63,129 bases of DNA from a virus (lineage: Duplodnaviria; Caudoviricetes), in IMG/VR virus record IMGVR_UViG_3300017700_000778, positions 1 through 63,129 of that record; one strand, given 5' to 3'. Of this stretch, positions 30,801 to 39,621 are shown piece by piece. Under the pieces are notes generated by a model that saw only the letters and a list, made by a program, of their open reading frames with translations, ran no database searches and was not told where the DNA came from. A program made the position numbers and the translations under genes. The stretch's first letter is position 1. Each line of letters begins with the position of its first letter.

Positions 30801-31916
30801 ACGATCAACCGCACCGTGACGGCGCTGGCGACTTATCGTTTGGAGCGCAGCAGGGGCGCCTCCCATGAAGCGGCAACGCGCGTCGCGCAGGATGCGGTGA
30901 ACAGCACGCAGTTCAACTACTCGCCGACGAATTCGCCGGCAGTGTTCAACCATCCTTTGCTCAAGATCGCACTTCAGTTCAAGAAGTACGGCCAAGGAAT
31001 GTATCAGCTGATCGGCACGCAGATCGGGCAGGCGATCCGCAACGCGGAGCCGGGAGACCGAGCCCAAGCCATCAAGACGTTGACGGCTATCGCCGCCACG
31101 CACATGGCCATGGCCGGCGCGCTGGGGCTCCCCACGGAGCCGTTCAAGTATCTGGTGATGGCGACGAGCCCCTTCACCGGGACCACGTGGAGCGACGTCG
31201 AGAACGAAATCCGGCGCAAGGCAGCTGCGATGTTCGGGACCGCCGGTGGCGAAGCGATCACGCGCGGCCTGCCGCGGTTCCTGAACCTCGATCTCGGCCG
31301 CATGGGTCTGGACAGCGTGACGTCGTTCGGCGAGCCCAAGGGCAACAAGGAGAGCGACATTAAGAGCTGGCTCTTCGACAGCGTCTCGGGCCCCGTCGTG
31401 TCGCTGGGCGGCGACTACATCAAGGGCATGAACCATCTCGCCAACGGCGAAGTGACTAAGGCCGCGGAGAAGATGATCCCGTTGAAAGCGGCGTCCGACG
31501 CCATCCGTGCCTACCGTCAGGCCAGCGAAGGCAAGAAGACGGCCGGCGGCAAGCAATCGAGCGAGCCATACTCGGCGACTGAAGCCGCATTGCGGGTGGC
31601 GGGCTTCGGCAATGCGCGTGAGGCTGAGGAAGGCGCCAAGCGCAGCGCCTACTACCGAGAGAGCTCGAGGGCCAAGGAAGAGCGCAGCGCGCTGGTGGAC
31701 GGCTGGGCCAGCGCCGCGCCGGCGGCGAAGGCGAAGGCATGGGCCGCGATCCAGAAGTTCAACCAGTCGGCGCCGGCGGATAGCAAGATCACCGCCAAGG
31801 AGTTGACGAGCAAGACGAAGCGTGATGCAAAGGCTGCGACGACGTCGTCGCTGGGCATCGTGCCGAACAAACGCGACAAGCGGTTCTTGGAAGAGGGCGT
31901 CTACAATGTCAGGTAA
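24840..31916 (+). CDS. Giant multi-domain internal virion protein (pyrophosphatase-like, zincin-like and PLxRxG regions)
   Basis: 2358 aa; IENPKG...YGYIRRTVGADGDHVD...FDEHKVM; HELAH...EFIAE; YVPLMRRG. Confidence 0.85.
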   Translation: MAEIDNYLLGPSSKPEDEALGTAGDFAKTLGAGAVRIGSNVAAGGRYLAEGAGRDDVAALAKNIQSIFSAGEEAITDTINPATRKLAASALTSDEFWAHPVLATSLKATGMLPSIAAAAIPGGLMADALGATLVASAAGGALNATDGVDEFYKKLDAMSDTELQEQSPKYKAMRQLMDEGDARKRFNREAQGWGPTLNLLIGAAGGALGPAGTAARAMAGGAKNAVLGAGERGVLGSTAVAVGEGALTNAAEEGVNEVTQQSAEIDADMRKEFDKARVANAALEGGYMGGLFGGVVGAVTGGHAAPKQTRVAEDIKTTTAVAAPQVQNGSTGTPAKPAEIEANPQNAPSTTPRDQGKLDTKTAPTKAVVPQPEPVSSDVAAAVAANDKSATVSPTEVAAMETRSPNETLDALDQEGQVTPLGNEAPAPGLDTGQNVPEQPASLPEQIAQIGTGERKAAMVPKGTVVPAELLAGRKDLRRHRTTRGTFIYDPKLTNPAEIQKLSKAGRENELLGLGPVSKPAAVADAAAGAAPVAVTERTPAGVEVKAAAGTTATLPEQAASLEAQKSPGNVVAVETPEQVLAARAKPGGGRVLRDLRQPKEEANAVAPAPPAAAPVKDPDTKGPGKNYRGKAGQVRDATLAHSKDVVEAYPPNPDAEDGYHRLPARRNVVVQRLRAMVADAEKRLGKPIQTQIKRSAKGDALSDDANVLLLRIAKDVVKTADKYPEGKAITDAVATFKSDEALIRAGAPEEVIARRLEEGDRASRKTGGAENDIEQHADTSIDENASDVPEYAADAATGDEITAAPGGQDGAIDAHVAETVAADTNEDAVNDDGVEVARDEAIEQGRSVKHIEVKQEKAKSNMTPREARKAALAGLKPVQIKNDAKFAARKAAVEADVANVMANPLRVDRNPTEAQKRAGNYKKGHRRVEGLDFTIENPKGAIRSGVDENGRKWSVRMPADYGYIRRTVGADGDHVDAYDGRSGGKFFIVDQLDARSGAFDEHKVMLRFKDEQAAMDAYHAAFSDGKGADRMGFIHEVSASELKEWLNGDTTLPVLDTLTRDFDKVNFDVAPGGRLPVIASNGVKVWPLRSSNAAIELDGLDFSGTEGVNAELAKFMQSKLRRLAGETAVHYVTPEDMARLYPGAGRPPAGLQVYDRTTGRGEVYLLDTLQKGSDFGSNGHVLLHELAHVVTAREIENVPNAEAMITRLAEIANKHLNDNLVELDLEHGPGRLDYGFTNAFEFIAEAFSNPQFQDFLARIPIDDQLAHYLEIDRPGKMSAWDVLRKFVQKAIEKLTGTLPGGPTVLDGILKVGEHLTNIYEVTSPSPYARGKVGDSIAQQNAFQLSTRAAESVRRMLESREANVSAPKALKLRTFDNIAQIADHYFGENNPVRKIHSAIERMRVRGEQIAQQSEPVVRKLAELRAKNRAAYEEMSSLMHDATVANVHPDVSLSDVKNAHLGKNAMRSVWNKAQHAELAKRFKMLPEEYQSAFHQATKHFRDQQNKMSLGIIQNQVLKLLGHDDAALARRVHEGNLTDADRTLLGANAETLEDAGELSKIEGPYVPLMRRGDHVVKGDYKVTSPGNAKVISNSGGSVEFEFTTRQEAEDYAKNSSLQVDLKKIWVDQATGEMNVTDPATGKSHRVIAEDLDAVDRYRVKVRNRHVEFVEGKKAAIARAAELAKDGNLAVHEVVPRAKEVEGRAGSDLSTALTRLVKKLEKSDQYQNATPTQRAALKQAIEEAALASHGSTRVSSRALPRRGVQGYSEDLVQNTVDYAGSSSRYLAKLEHGPALETGLKEMAEQLDRDHSKTGQYARTAISNEVRDRVEGDNGFQQGGALAPVVKRLLSLSFTDKLASPAYSVINAMQPGMVTMPYLSGKYGVGRAFSALGRAYADVSAGGILKEGARGTGAALKGKEAKNDLMSLVKRKLSDDERRMIDYQIAEGTIDANAGMEVTNIARSYEGAGGKADAMLQYMEGVTREMPRAIETINRTVTALATYRLERSRGASHEAATRVAQDAVNSTQFNYSPTNSPAVFNHPLLKIALQFKKYGQGMYQLIGTQIGQAIRNAEPGDRAQAIKTLTAIAATHMAMAGALGLPTEPFKYLVMATSPFTGTTWSDVENEIRRKAAAMFGTAGGEAITRGLPRFLNLDLGRMGLDSVTSFGEPKGNKESDIKSWLFDSVSGPVVSLGGDYIKGMNHLANGEVTKAAEKMIPLKAASDAIRAYRQASEGKKTAGGKQSSEPYSATEAALRVAGFGNAREAEEGAKRSAYYRESSRAKEERSALVDGWASAAPAAKAKAWAAIQKFNQSAPADSKITAKELTSKTKRDAKAATTSSLGIVPNKRDKRFLEEGVYNVR

Positions 31917-32178
31917 GCGCGACCCGAGCTCACATCGTACCCCCGAGCAAATCCGCAAGATGGATCGCGGCTACAACTCACAACCCCACAAGATCAAGCA
32001 TCGCTCGATGAACAATCAGGCGCGTGCGTTGGTCGCAAAGGACTTGGGTCACTCCGCCATCGCCGGCAAGGACGTGAACCACAAGGTCATGCTCAAGGAC
32101 GGCGGAAGCAACAAGCGCTCGAACTTGAACGTGCAGAGCCAGCACAAGAACCGCGGCTGGGAACGAGATCACAAATAG
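31906..32178 (+). CDS. HNH endonuclease-like protein
   Basis: GKDVNHKVMLKDGGSNKRSNL...NRG. Confidence 0.75.
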   Translation: MSGKRDPSSHRTPEQIRKMDRGYNSQPHKIKHRSMNNQARALVAKDLGHSAIAGKDVNHKVMLKDGGSNKRSNLNVQSQHKNRGWERDHK

Positions 32179-32189
32179 GAGCATTCAAA

Positions 32190-32633
32190 GTGAAGAGCAT
32201 TGCCCTTGCGATGGTAATTTTCTGCGGCCTTTTTTCCACTGCCGAAGCCAAGCGTCATGGACCGCGCATAGTACCCCAAGAGTGCTTTATTTTTTGCGAA
32301 CAGCCCGCACAACGCGCCTACCCCATGCTTCAGAAGCGGATCGGTGACGGCATCGGCCCACGGCCGCGGGCATGGTGCGGGTGGTTCATGCAGAAGGACA
32401 CCGGCGTTACCTCGCGAGGTACCGGCCTCAATCTCAACATGGCTCGTAATTGGGCGCGCGTCGGCGCAGCTACTTCGGCACAGATCGGTGCTATCGTTGT
32501 ATGGCGGCACCATGTGGGGCGCATCGTGGGCGGCTCTCCTGGAGCATGGGTAGTCCGTTCCGGGAACGATAGCCGCGCCGTGCGGGAGCGCGTGCGCAGC
32601 GTATCCAACGCGATCGCGTTTAGATCGCTATAA
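32190..32633 (+). CDS. Secreted CHAP-like Cys/His peptidoglycan hydrolase
   Basis: Signal peptide; AWCGWFM, ARNWA, GAIVVWRHHVG, SGND. Confidence 0.7.
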   Translation: MKSIALAMVIFCGLFSTAEAKRHGPRIVPQECFIFCEQPAQRAYPMLQKRIGDGIGPRPRAWCGWFMQKDTGVTSRGTGLNLNMARNWARVGAATSAQIGAIVVWRHHVGRIVGGSPGAWVVRSGNDSRAVRERVRSVSNAIAFRSL

Positions 32634-32892
32634 GCTCTTTGAGCATTTTGCCGACGGCTGCTTTATTATCGTGAACGCCACGAGAGTAGGCGGTCAGCAT
32701 AAGCTGCTCGACCTTCTCCAGCTCAAAGCGTTGGTCGGGCATGCGAAAGTCTAGCGTCGGCCAGTTACCAGAGGCTGGTCTCAGTTCTACGCGATCCGGA
32801 TTTTCATCGTAGCCGCACGCCGAATTGCCTTTCCAGTAAATTTTCTGGGAGAACTTCGTGTAGACCGTGTGCTTGTTCTCGACGTAGTTCAT
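32620..32892 (-). CDS. Hypothetical protein
   Basis: Last gene of the leftward arm. Confidence 0.65.
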   Translation of the reverse strand: MNYVENKHTVYTKFSQKIYWKGNSACGYDENPDRVELRPASGNWPTLDFRMPDQRFELEKVEQLMLTAYSRGVHDNKAAVGKMLKELIAI

Positions 32893-33782
32893 GTCTTCAC
32901 CTGATACTCAGCGCGTGCCACCAGCGGCTTACCGTCCCAGTTTACAAGCATCGCTTCGATCGGCTTGATGTACGCTTCGTGCTTTTCGGTTTTCGGATAG
33001 TGGCGGATGTGAGCCCGCCGGCGGTGTGGCCGGGGGCTTGCGTGTGTCCCCTGCGCGCCCTTCCGCACGGCTTGATTATAGACGGTGGTGTAGACCTTCG
33101 TCGTGTAGGGGATCAGCGGCACGCCGCGGGCCGCGCGCACCTTGTTGGGCTTCGCCGGCGGCGCCGAGCGCTCTTTGAGCACGCCGCGAGTGTTCAATAT
33201 CATGAGCAAGCCCGTCAAGATCAGCGCGCCTTCGGTGATGATGGCGCCGTTGCTGTTATCGATATCGTCGTAGGCTGCGATCTTGCCGATGGCGGGCTCC
33301 CAGTACTGTAGTTCCGCCTTTGGGATGAACACCTCCGTTCCGCGACCAGCAGGGCGGAGAACCGTCTTGAACGTGTGGTCACAACGGAAAGTGAGCGTCT
33401 CTTCCGCGGAGTGCACGGTGCTTATGATCGCTGTGCGACCGGTGTCTTCCGACCGTGAAACCGCAAAAATGTGAAAGCCCACAGTGCGGTTGTCGAATTG
33501 CACTGAGCATCGAAACACGCAAATGGGGTACGGCAGCGAGAGGCAGCCGAACTCCATGAACTCGAGTGCTTCCTTCTGGACTTCGCGCAACGTGTCCAGT
33601 GACAGAGGGCCGAAGTTGAACTGCTCAACATCTCCCGCCCCGAACAATATATCGAGCGCACCCTTGCTGGTGTCCGTACCCTGCCAGCGCCGTGCTCGCA
33701 TTGCCCTGTGGATTTCTTCCGTTGTTGGCGGGTTGGGTTGGCAAGGAAAGTCTATGCTCGGGTTGACGCCATCATAGCGCAT
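32889..33782 (-). CDS. Hypothetical phage protein
   Basis: C-terminal HASPRPHRRRAHIR motif. Confidence 0.75.
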   Translation of the reverse strand: MRYDGVNPSIDFPCQPNPPTTEEIHRAMRARRWQGTDTSKGALDILFGAGDVEQFNFGPLSLDTLREVQKEALEFMEFGCLSLPYPICVFRCSVQFDNRTVGFHIFAVSRSEDTGRTAIISTVHSAEETLTFRCDHTFKTVLRPAGRGTEVFIPKAELQYWEPAIGKIAAYDDIDNSNGAIITEGALILTGLLMILNTRGVLKERSAPPAKPNKVRAARGVPLIPYTTKVYTTVYNQAVRKGAQGTHASPRPHRRRAHIRHYPKTEKHEAYIKPIEAMLVNWDGKPLVARAEYQVKT

Positions 33783-33786
33783 TTTC

Positions 33787-34080
33787 CTATTCCTTCATCC
33801 AGTCTTCTGCGGGCTGCACGTGCTTTTTGTACGGTACACCTGCTACGATCTTTGCAGCGCGCACAACATTCACACGCTTCTTCGGGTGCACCTTCAGCCC
33901 GTATCGAGGTTGGCGGTAGTAGCGCTCGATCGTTTTCCATTTGAACGAGCACTCCACGCATTGGCGCGTACGCACCATAGAAAGGGCACGCGCTTTTTTG
34001 CCGTTACGCATCACCCGCGTTTTGGTCTCGCGGGAGAGGACCACCGAGCTATCCCCTCCGCAGTGCAAGCAGAGCAGCAC
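33787..34080 (-). CDS. NrdR-like zinc-ribbon protein
   Basis: CLHCGGDSSVVLSR...RTRQCVECSFKWKTIE; GTG start at 34080. Confidence 0.65.
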   Translation of the reverse strand: MLLCLHCGGDSSVVLSRETKTRVMRNGKKARALSMVRTRQCVECSFKWKTIERYYRQPRYGLKVHPKKRVNVVRAAKIVAGVPYKKHVQPAEDWMKE

Positions 34081-34085
34081 TGCTA

Positions 34086-34349
34086 CTACATCGGTATCGG
34101 CGCGAACTTGTTGCGCACCTTGTGCACGACGAGCGAGATGTGCGTGATCTGGCGCAGGTCGACGGTGCTCGAGAACATGTCGCCCGCTACCTCGATAACG
34201 TTGAGATCGCCCGTGGACCAAATCTCTTGAATGGCCCTATAGGTTTTTTCCGCTTTCTTCTCTGTGCGGTACCGGAGAATGAGCGGCTGGACGTTCGGAC
34301 CGATGATTACGATCTGCGCGACTTCGTCAATTTTGGGCTGGTCAACCAT
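34086..34349 (-). CDS. Hypothetical protein
   Basis: AGGAG RBS. Confidence 0.65.
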   Translation of the reverse strand: MVDQPKIDEVAQIVIIGPNVQPLILRYRTEKKAEKTYRAIQEIWSTGDLNVIEVAGDMFSSTVDLRQITHISLVVHKVRNKFAPIPM

Positions 34350-34394
34350 AGGAAGCTCCTGTGACATGAGTTCAAAAAGATGGGGCATCAATTC

Positions 34395-34613
34395 TTATTC
34401 CGAGACCGCTGATGTATACGCCGCGATTGCGGCCCTCATGGCCTTGACGTGCGTTTCCCATAGGGTGCCGCCGCTACGAAGAATGCGATGTGGCCGCTCT
34501 CCGCGATGTGAGAGATATTCAATCGCTGCAGCCTTTATGGCCTCCGAATGTGGGCAGTCGCATCCTACGCTATCTGGCATCCCCTTGCAGCAATTGCACT
34601 GACGCTTGGTCAT
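34395..34613 (-). CDS. Small Cys-rich hypothetical protein
   Basis: CNCC...CDC; AGGA upstream. Confidence 0.55.
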   Translation of the reverse strand: MTKRQCNCCKGMPDSVGCDCPHSEAIKAAAIEYLSHRGERPHRILRSGGTLWETHVKAMRAAIAAYTSAVSE

Positions 34614-34647
34614 GTATCATCCTTCCTTCGAAGTAAGCGTGGGGGTG

Positions 34648-37600
34648 TTAATTCTCGTCCACGAAGTTGAGATCGTTGGAGCTGGAGAGATCGATCTGCA
34701 GGATGTTCTCTTTGGCGAAAGCAAGTCCGGTGCCGCCGCCGAGAAAGCCGACAACCGAAGTCGTCGTCATGGAAGCATGCAACGCTTCCATCAACAGATG
34801 CCGCGACTTGCCGGCCTTCTTGAGCCACTCGCCGAAGGCAGTGGACGATATGCGCATCAGCTTGTCGTTGAGCCCGATCTGCACGGCGACACCATTCAGT
34901 CTCGAAACATCCGATGGTCGGAGTATCTTGACGGCGTTCGCGGTGTTCGGCGCCGGCGGCCTACCCGGGGCGATGTGAATGCGGTCCGTGTAGATCACCT
35001 TGTTCGCCGCCTGCATGTCCTTCAGGAACTGCGCCATGATCGAGCTCACGTTGATCGAGCGTGTGAGATCGACCGTCTGCTGGCCGCGAAGCTTGCGCAT
35101 GTTCTCCAGAGAGGCCAGCATGAAAGTCTTCAGGCCGGGCTCGTCGAATACGGCGTATCCGAGCGCGTTCGCGTAGCGGGCCCCAAGTAGGATTGTAGCG
35201 ACGAGTGACACCCAAAAGCGTTCCTCCTGCTGTGCACCGACTTCGATATTAAGCTGCTTGCTTAGCGTGGCCATGTCAACTTCACACTGGGCAAAGTTTG
35301 TGCCTAACCAAGAGGCGTACTTGAGCCCGACACTGCCGTAGTTGTTGTTCAGCTTTGAGAGGCGGATCGTCGCTTCCGATGTATCGACCCGGCCAGCCAC
35401 CAAGGCGCTCGATGGTTTCACAGTGTACTCGAATATGCGATAGAGCCCAGCTAGGGTAGTCTGGGTCTGCTGGGTCACATGATCGATGAGGCTGTCGTTC
35501 GACGCAGAAACCACGAGTGTCTGCCAGTGCCCGGGCTCCTTCATCTGGGCGTGTTGGTTGAGCCGGGACTTCTCCTTGCCCTGCGCAATCTGGAACGTCA
35601 TGTTCACGAACTTCTTCGTGTCCTCGTCCGTCTTGAGCTCGTCCCAATACACTGGGAGCGAACGGACTTCGCCGATTTTCCGCATCACAGAATTCTGCGT
35701 ATCCGACAACGACTGCACTGCGCGAATGGGATCGCCCCAAACTGCCTGCGCGATCCTTAATGCAGTAGACTTGCCGATGCCGCTCTCCTTGCTGTATGCG
35801 CTCATGAGCATACCCAAGTGGCCAGTGAACATCACAAGGGGTGCAGCGAAAGCGGACGCCACAATAGCCTCCAAATCGGGCCTGCCTTGCAATGTGACTA
35901 GCTTTACCGCATCCAGCCAGTACGCGTCGGAGCCTTTCGGCTTGTACTGTTGATTTAGCACCGGGTTTGCGGAAGCGCTCGGCGACGCACCATTTGGCGT
36001 CCAGAGCTGACCACCAAATATAAAACCTTCCGTTTGGCCGTTCTTGTCCTGCCACCCGAAGGGTGCACTGGCTACACTGTCCTTCATCTGCTGCAGCTTT
36101 TGCACCCATGACACAAAAAAATCTCCTGCTGTCTTATCGTTCGCCTTGAGCATGAAGCCCTGACGCTGAAGTACTTTACGCATCTCAGTGGTTGCCAAGC
36201 ACTCGAGCTCGATGGAAATCTGCCCCACGCGGTTGCGGTCGACGACGCTGTCGAAGTGCAGCATGCGCGGCTCGTTCTGCAGCCACGCGTTCATGAGAGG
36301 ATAATCGCTGATCGGAATGATCAGCTGGTTCATCGGGTTGGCCGGGTCTGGTACGATGCGTGACACGATGCCGTTGGCGTCGCGCGTATACCCCGACGGG
36401 AGATCAGCACTGATGTTACCCGGCGGGGTAACTACAGGAGCATGTCCGGGTGCCGTCGTGTAGTTGATAGGAGCGCTCGTACTTGCCGCTCCGAAACCTC
36501 CCGCTGCAGATGGTTGAACTGGGATTGCTGGAGCAGCTGTTGCTCCTGCTCCCGCTGCAAGCGCTTGAGCTGCAGCACTTGGTCCTGCAGCCGGGCGTTG
36601 CTCATGGTTAAGCGGCGATTTGCCCTGTGCAAAGAGCGCGCAGCTACGGCAAGCTGTTCCACCTGTCGCGGAGATAGTTGCGCAGCTGGGCCAGCCAAGC
36701 CCTCTATCAAGACGCTCGCGATCTTTGCGCTCGAAAAAGTCGTCCGTGCTTTCCTTGGTGTAGTCGGCATGTTTGTTACCCATGCGGTGCGCGTCAGCAC
36801 GGCCGCCCTTTGTAAAGGTCGAGATAAGCGTGGTGATATTCCAGAGCGGGTTACTTAGTGCGGCGCCGCCGGTGGCAAGAGCATCACGAACGAAACCACA
36901 TGCCAGAGCAACGTGGTCCAGATCAGGGCTAGGCCACAGACTATCAAGGCCCATAGCAAGCTCAGAAACACCCGCGGCGTATGCACGAAGCGGGAAGATA
37001 TTTCGATCCACTCCTGCTCCCGCCGCAGGAGAATGTACTTTTCCCATATACGGCAAAAGAGGTGTGCTGATCCGATCGAGATTATAATCGAAATCGAGGC
37101 GTGGCCCAACAAAGCGTACATGACGGGCTGGCTCCTGCTTGCGGTTGAGGGTGTCAGGAATGCGCAACACCCGGACGCTGTCAACGGTGCACTGCGTGTC
37201 GCAGTGGAGCCCGAAAGCCTTGGTAGCCTCGGCCAGTGCAAACGCAATGGGTAGCCATTCCGGCGGCGTGAGTGCGCTGTTCACGCACCAGTAAAAATGA
37301 AAGCCCCCGCCAGAGTTCACCACCATCGTAGGTTTTGGAAGTCCCACTTTGCTCACAAAAGCCATCATCGCCACGATGGCTTCTTCGGCGGTCTGGTAGC
37401 CGTCGGGCACCATCAGACCGCTGGCCGGGTCCTTCTTCGTCTTGCCGAAGTCCACGTCGATGAAGAAGCTCTTCAGCGAGATTGCGTTGGTCGCCAGCCG
37501 GAGCGGCGCGTTATAGGAGAACGGCCGGGCGCCCTTGGTGACCTTGGGCACGGCCTCCAGCTGCGAGGACATGCAGGCGTAAACGTCCAGCGTGTTCGAA

Positions 37601-37797
37601 CCCGGCTTGAGGGCGAACTCGAGCGTGCGCGCCGCCTCGGAGGCGTCCCTTACCGCCCGGCCGGTCCATGCTGCCTTGCCGTCGGGGCGCGCGGTCGTGG
37701 GCGGGAAGGTCCAGTGCAAATTGACAAAGCCCGGTTCGCCGGGCTGCGGCCAAGGAACAACCCTCGCCAGATATTCTCTCGCATTTTCGAAGCTCAT
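34648..37797 (-). CDS. DNA primase (AEP-like) fused to DUF927-type helicase
   Basis: FFIDVD, SGGGFHFYW, RVLRIP; Cys ribbon; SGIGKS and YWDE P-loop motifs. Confidence 0.85.
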   Translation of the reverse strand: MSFENAREYLARVVPWPQPGEPGFVNLHWTFPPTTARPDGKAAWTGRAVRDASEAARTLEFALKPGSNTLDVYACMSSQLEAVPKVTKGARPFSYNAPLRLATNAISLKSFFIDVDFGKTKKDPASGLMVPDGYQTAEEAIVAMMAFVSKVGLPKPTMVVNSGGGFHFYWCVNSALTPPEWLPIAFALAEATKAFGLHCDTQCTVDSVRVLRIPDTLNRKQEPARHVRFVGPRLDFDYNLDRISTPLLPYMGKVHSPAAGAGVDRNIFPLRAYAAGVSELAMGLDSLWPSPDLDHVALACGFVRDALATGGAALSNPLWNITTLISTFTKGGRADAHRMGNKHADYTKESTDDFFERKDRERLDRGLGWPSCATISATGGTACRSCALFAQGKSPLNHEQRPAAGPSAAAQALAAGAGATAAPAIPVQPSAAGGFGAASTSAPINYTTAPGHAPVVTPPGNISADLPSGYTRDANGIVSRIVPDPANPMNQLIIPISDYPLMNAWLQNEPRMLHFDSVVDRNRVGQISIELECLATTEMRKVLQRQGFMLKANDKTAGDFFVSWVQKLQQMKDSVASAPFGWQDKNGQTEGFIFGGQLWTPNGASPSASANPVLNQQYKPKGSDAYWLDAVKLVTLQGRPDLEAIVASAFAAPLVMFTGHLGMLMSAYSKESGIGKSTALRIAQAVWGDPIRAVQSLSDTQNSVMRKIGEVRSLPVYWDELKTDEDTKKFVNMTFQIAQGKEKSRLNQHAQMKEPGHWQTLVVSASNDSLIDHVTQQTQTTLAGLYRIFEYTVKPSSALVAGRVDTSEATIRLSKLNNNYGSVGLKYASWLGTNFAQCEVDMATLSKQLNIEVGAQQEERFWVSLVATILLGARYANALGYAVFDEPGLKTFMLASLENMRKLRGQQTVDLTRSINVSSIMAQFLKDMQAANKVIYTDRIHIAPGRPPAPNTANAVKILRPSDVSRLNGVAVQIGLNDKLMRISSTAFGEWLKKAGKSRHLLMEALHASMTTTSVVGFLGGGTGLAFAKENILQIDLSSSNDLNFVDEN

Positions 37798-37813
37798 AGA
37801 AAGTCCCCGCCAT

Positions 37814-37838
37814 CAGGAGAGGGACAATCCCTCTCCTG
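37814..37838. terminator. Perfect intergenic hairpin
   Basis: CAGGAGAGGGA-CAA-TCCCTCTCCTG. Confidence 0.5.
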
Positions 37839-37856
37839 TCGTTGTCGAGTGCGGTA

Positions 37857-39161
37857 TTAGCTGCTGGCGAGAAGCGCGTTCAGGCGCTCATCGATCGACC
37901 CCTCAAAGGCGCTCACGACGCCCGGGGCGGGCTGGGGCGCGGGCTGGGGCGCGGTCGCCGGTGGTGCCTGCACGGGCGCAGCTTGCGTTACCCCGGGGGT
38001 AACGTCAGGAGCTACGGCGCCGAACCCCGTCATCTGGCGGGTGGGGGCCGCCTGCGGGGCGGGCTGGGGCGCTGGCTGAGCAATAGGTGCTGCAGTGGCG
38101 GTCGGTTCGGATGGCGTCACCACGGGTGCTGCGGCGGCAGGAGTGACCGCGGCGGCGGGCTGGGGGGCAGCGACAGGAGCAGGTGCGACAACAGTGGGTC
38201 CAAAACCACCCCCAGTTGCCGGGACAGGAGCTGGTCTACTCGTTGCTGCCGGCTGGGAGGCGGGTTGTGCGACGGGGGCTGCAGCAATTGGAGCGGGCTG
38301 AGCCACAGGGGCGACAACGATGGGTTGGGGAGCCACCTGTTGGACTGGCGCCGCCGCCGCCGGCTGCACCATCTGAACGGCGGGTGCGGGCTCGAGGAAC
38401 GCCGGCGCCGCCGCGGGCGCTGCGATGGCCACCTGTGCCGGCGCAGAGCCTTCGTGGATGACGCGGGCCGTCTCGGGGCTGTTGCGCAACTCCATGACGA
38501 CGGCGCCTTCGACGTCGCTGAGTGGCCGGATCGCGTTGAAGGTGAACTTCGGGTAGCTCTCCACCGGATCGAAGCCGATCTTGATGCCCATCGTGAAGTA
38601 GGGGTAGCCCATGCCCTTGTAGCGGTTGTCGAAGGCCGACAGGTCCTGCAGCGATGCCGCGGGGCAGCGCAAAAGCAAGGGCCCGCCGAAGGTCTCATTC
38701 CGCAGATCGGTCAGCGGGACTACCGCCATGCGCCGGTGATCGCCGCACGCCTTGCCCTTGCCGCCGTTCGCCGCCGAGCCCCATGCGTTGCGCGGGCACG
38801 TCGCACAGACCGCACTCTGCGGCTTCGGCACGCCCTGATCCGGCACGATGCCGTTGGCCGAGGCGCAGTCCGGCGGGTTGTTGTTGTTCTCGTCCCAACC
38901 GGTCTCGTAGAAGGTCTTGGAGAGGAGCGCGTTCGCCTTGAGGATCACCACGTCGATCGAGCCGCGGGCGCCGTCGCCGTCGTCGCGCATCAGCGTCATC
39001 GAATTGCCGTTGTGCTGGATCGACCAGACCTTGCCGCGATATTTGATGAGGCCGTAGCCTCCAGTGATACCGCCCGACAGATCGTCGCCGGCCTGCTGGC
39101 CCTGAAAGACTGCCGCGACCGGGCCGCTAAAGGTGGGCGGAACAATAATTTGGTTGGACAT
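37857..39161 (-). CDS. Putative ssDNA-binding/replication protein with Pro/Ala-rich tail
   Basis: PPDCAS.NG, CATCP, GKAC Zn motif; located in the replication module. Confidence 0.65.
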   Translation of the reverse strand: MSNQIIVPPTFSGPVAAVFQGQQAGDDLSGGITGGYGLIKYRGKVWSIQHNGNSMTLMRDDGDGARGSIDVVILKANALLSKTFYETGWDENNNNPPDCASANGIVPDQGVPKPQSAVCATCPRNAWGSAANGGKGKACGDHRRMAVVPLTDLRNETFGGPLLLRCPAASLQDLSAFDNRYKGMGYPYFTMGIKIGFDPVESYPKFTFNAIRPLSDVEGAVVMELRNSPETARVIHEGSAPAQVAIAAPAAAPAFLEPAPAVQMVQPAAAAPVQQVAPQPIVVAPVAQPAPIAAAPVAQPASQPAATSRPAPVPATGGGFGPTVVAPAPVAAPQPAAAVTPAAAAPVVTPSEPTATAAPIAQPAPQPAPQAAPTRQMTGFGAVAPDVTPGVTQAAPVQAPPATAPQPAPQPAPGVVSAFEGSIDERLNALLASS

Positions 39162-39209
39162 AGAAACTCCTGCTGCTAGGGATGGTGGGTGCTGACGGCG
39201 CCGCGCGCA

Positions 39210-39617
39210 TTACTTGCGACGGACGCCGATCTTCTGAAAAGTGGTGTAGTTCACGCCCGGTGGGGGCACGCCGTTAGCATTCACGTATTCGGTGATGGCA
39301 GTCAAGTTGGGCTTTTTGTCGAGCATGTCGAAGGCGCCCTGCGTCACCACCCACGTCCAGAACACGTTGATGTCGGCCGCGCTCGCCGACGCCTTGATCG
39401 ATAGCGACACCGTGCCTTTGTCGGTTTTCATGTTGCTGGCGTTGACCGCCTGCAGCGCCTGCTTGAGCTCCTCCTCGATCATCAGCATCGTCTCGGTGAT
39501 CGGCTTCATCTCGGCGTCGTGCTTCTCGGCGAGCTCCGTCTTGAGATCACGCAGCTTGACGTACTGCCCGACGCGCTTCTCGACGTCGATGGGTGGGTTG
39601 GTAGTGGTATCAGACAT
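39210..39617 (-). CDS. Conserved replication-module protein
   Basis: YVKLRD...KTDKGTV...PPGV. Confidence 0.75.
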   Translation of the reverse strand: MSDTTTNPPIDVEKRVGQYVKLRDLKTELAEKHDAEMKPITETMLMIEEELKQALQAVNASNMKTDKGTVSLSIKASASAADINVFWTWVVTQGAFDMLDKKPNLTAITEYVNANGVPPPGVNYTTFQKIGVRRK

Positions 39618-39621
39618 AGTG

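Noticed and set aside
30384-31958. Long antisense ORFs (also 22971-24299, 26625-27947, 37842-39179, 58155-59462)
   Set aside because: Shadow frames of GC-rich genes; no motifs and biased composition
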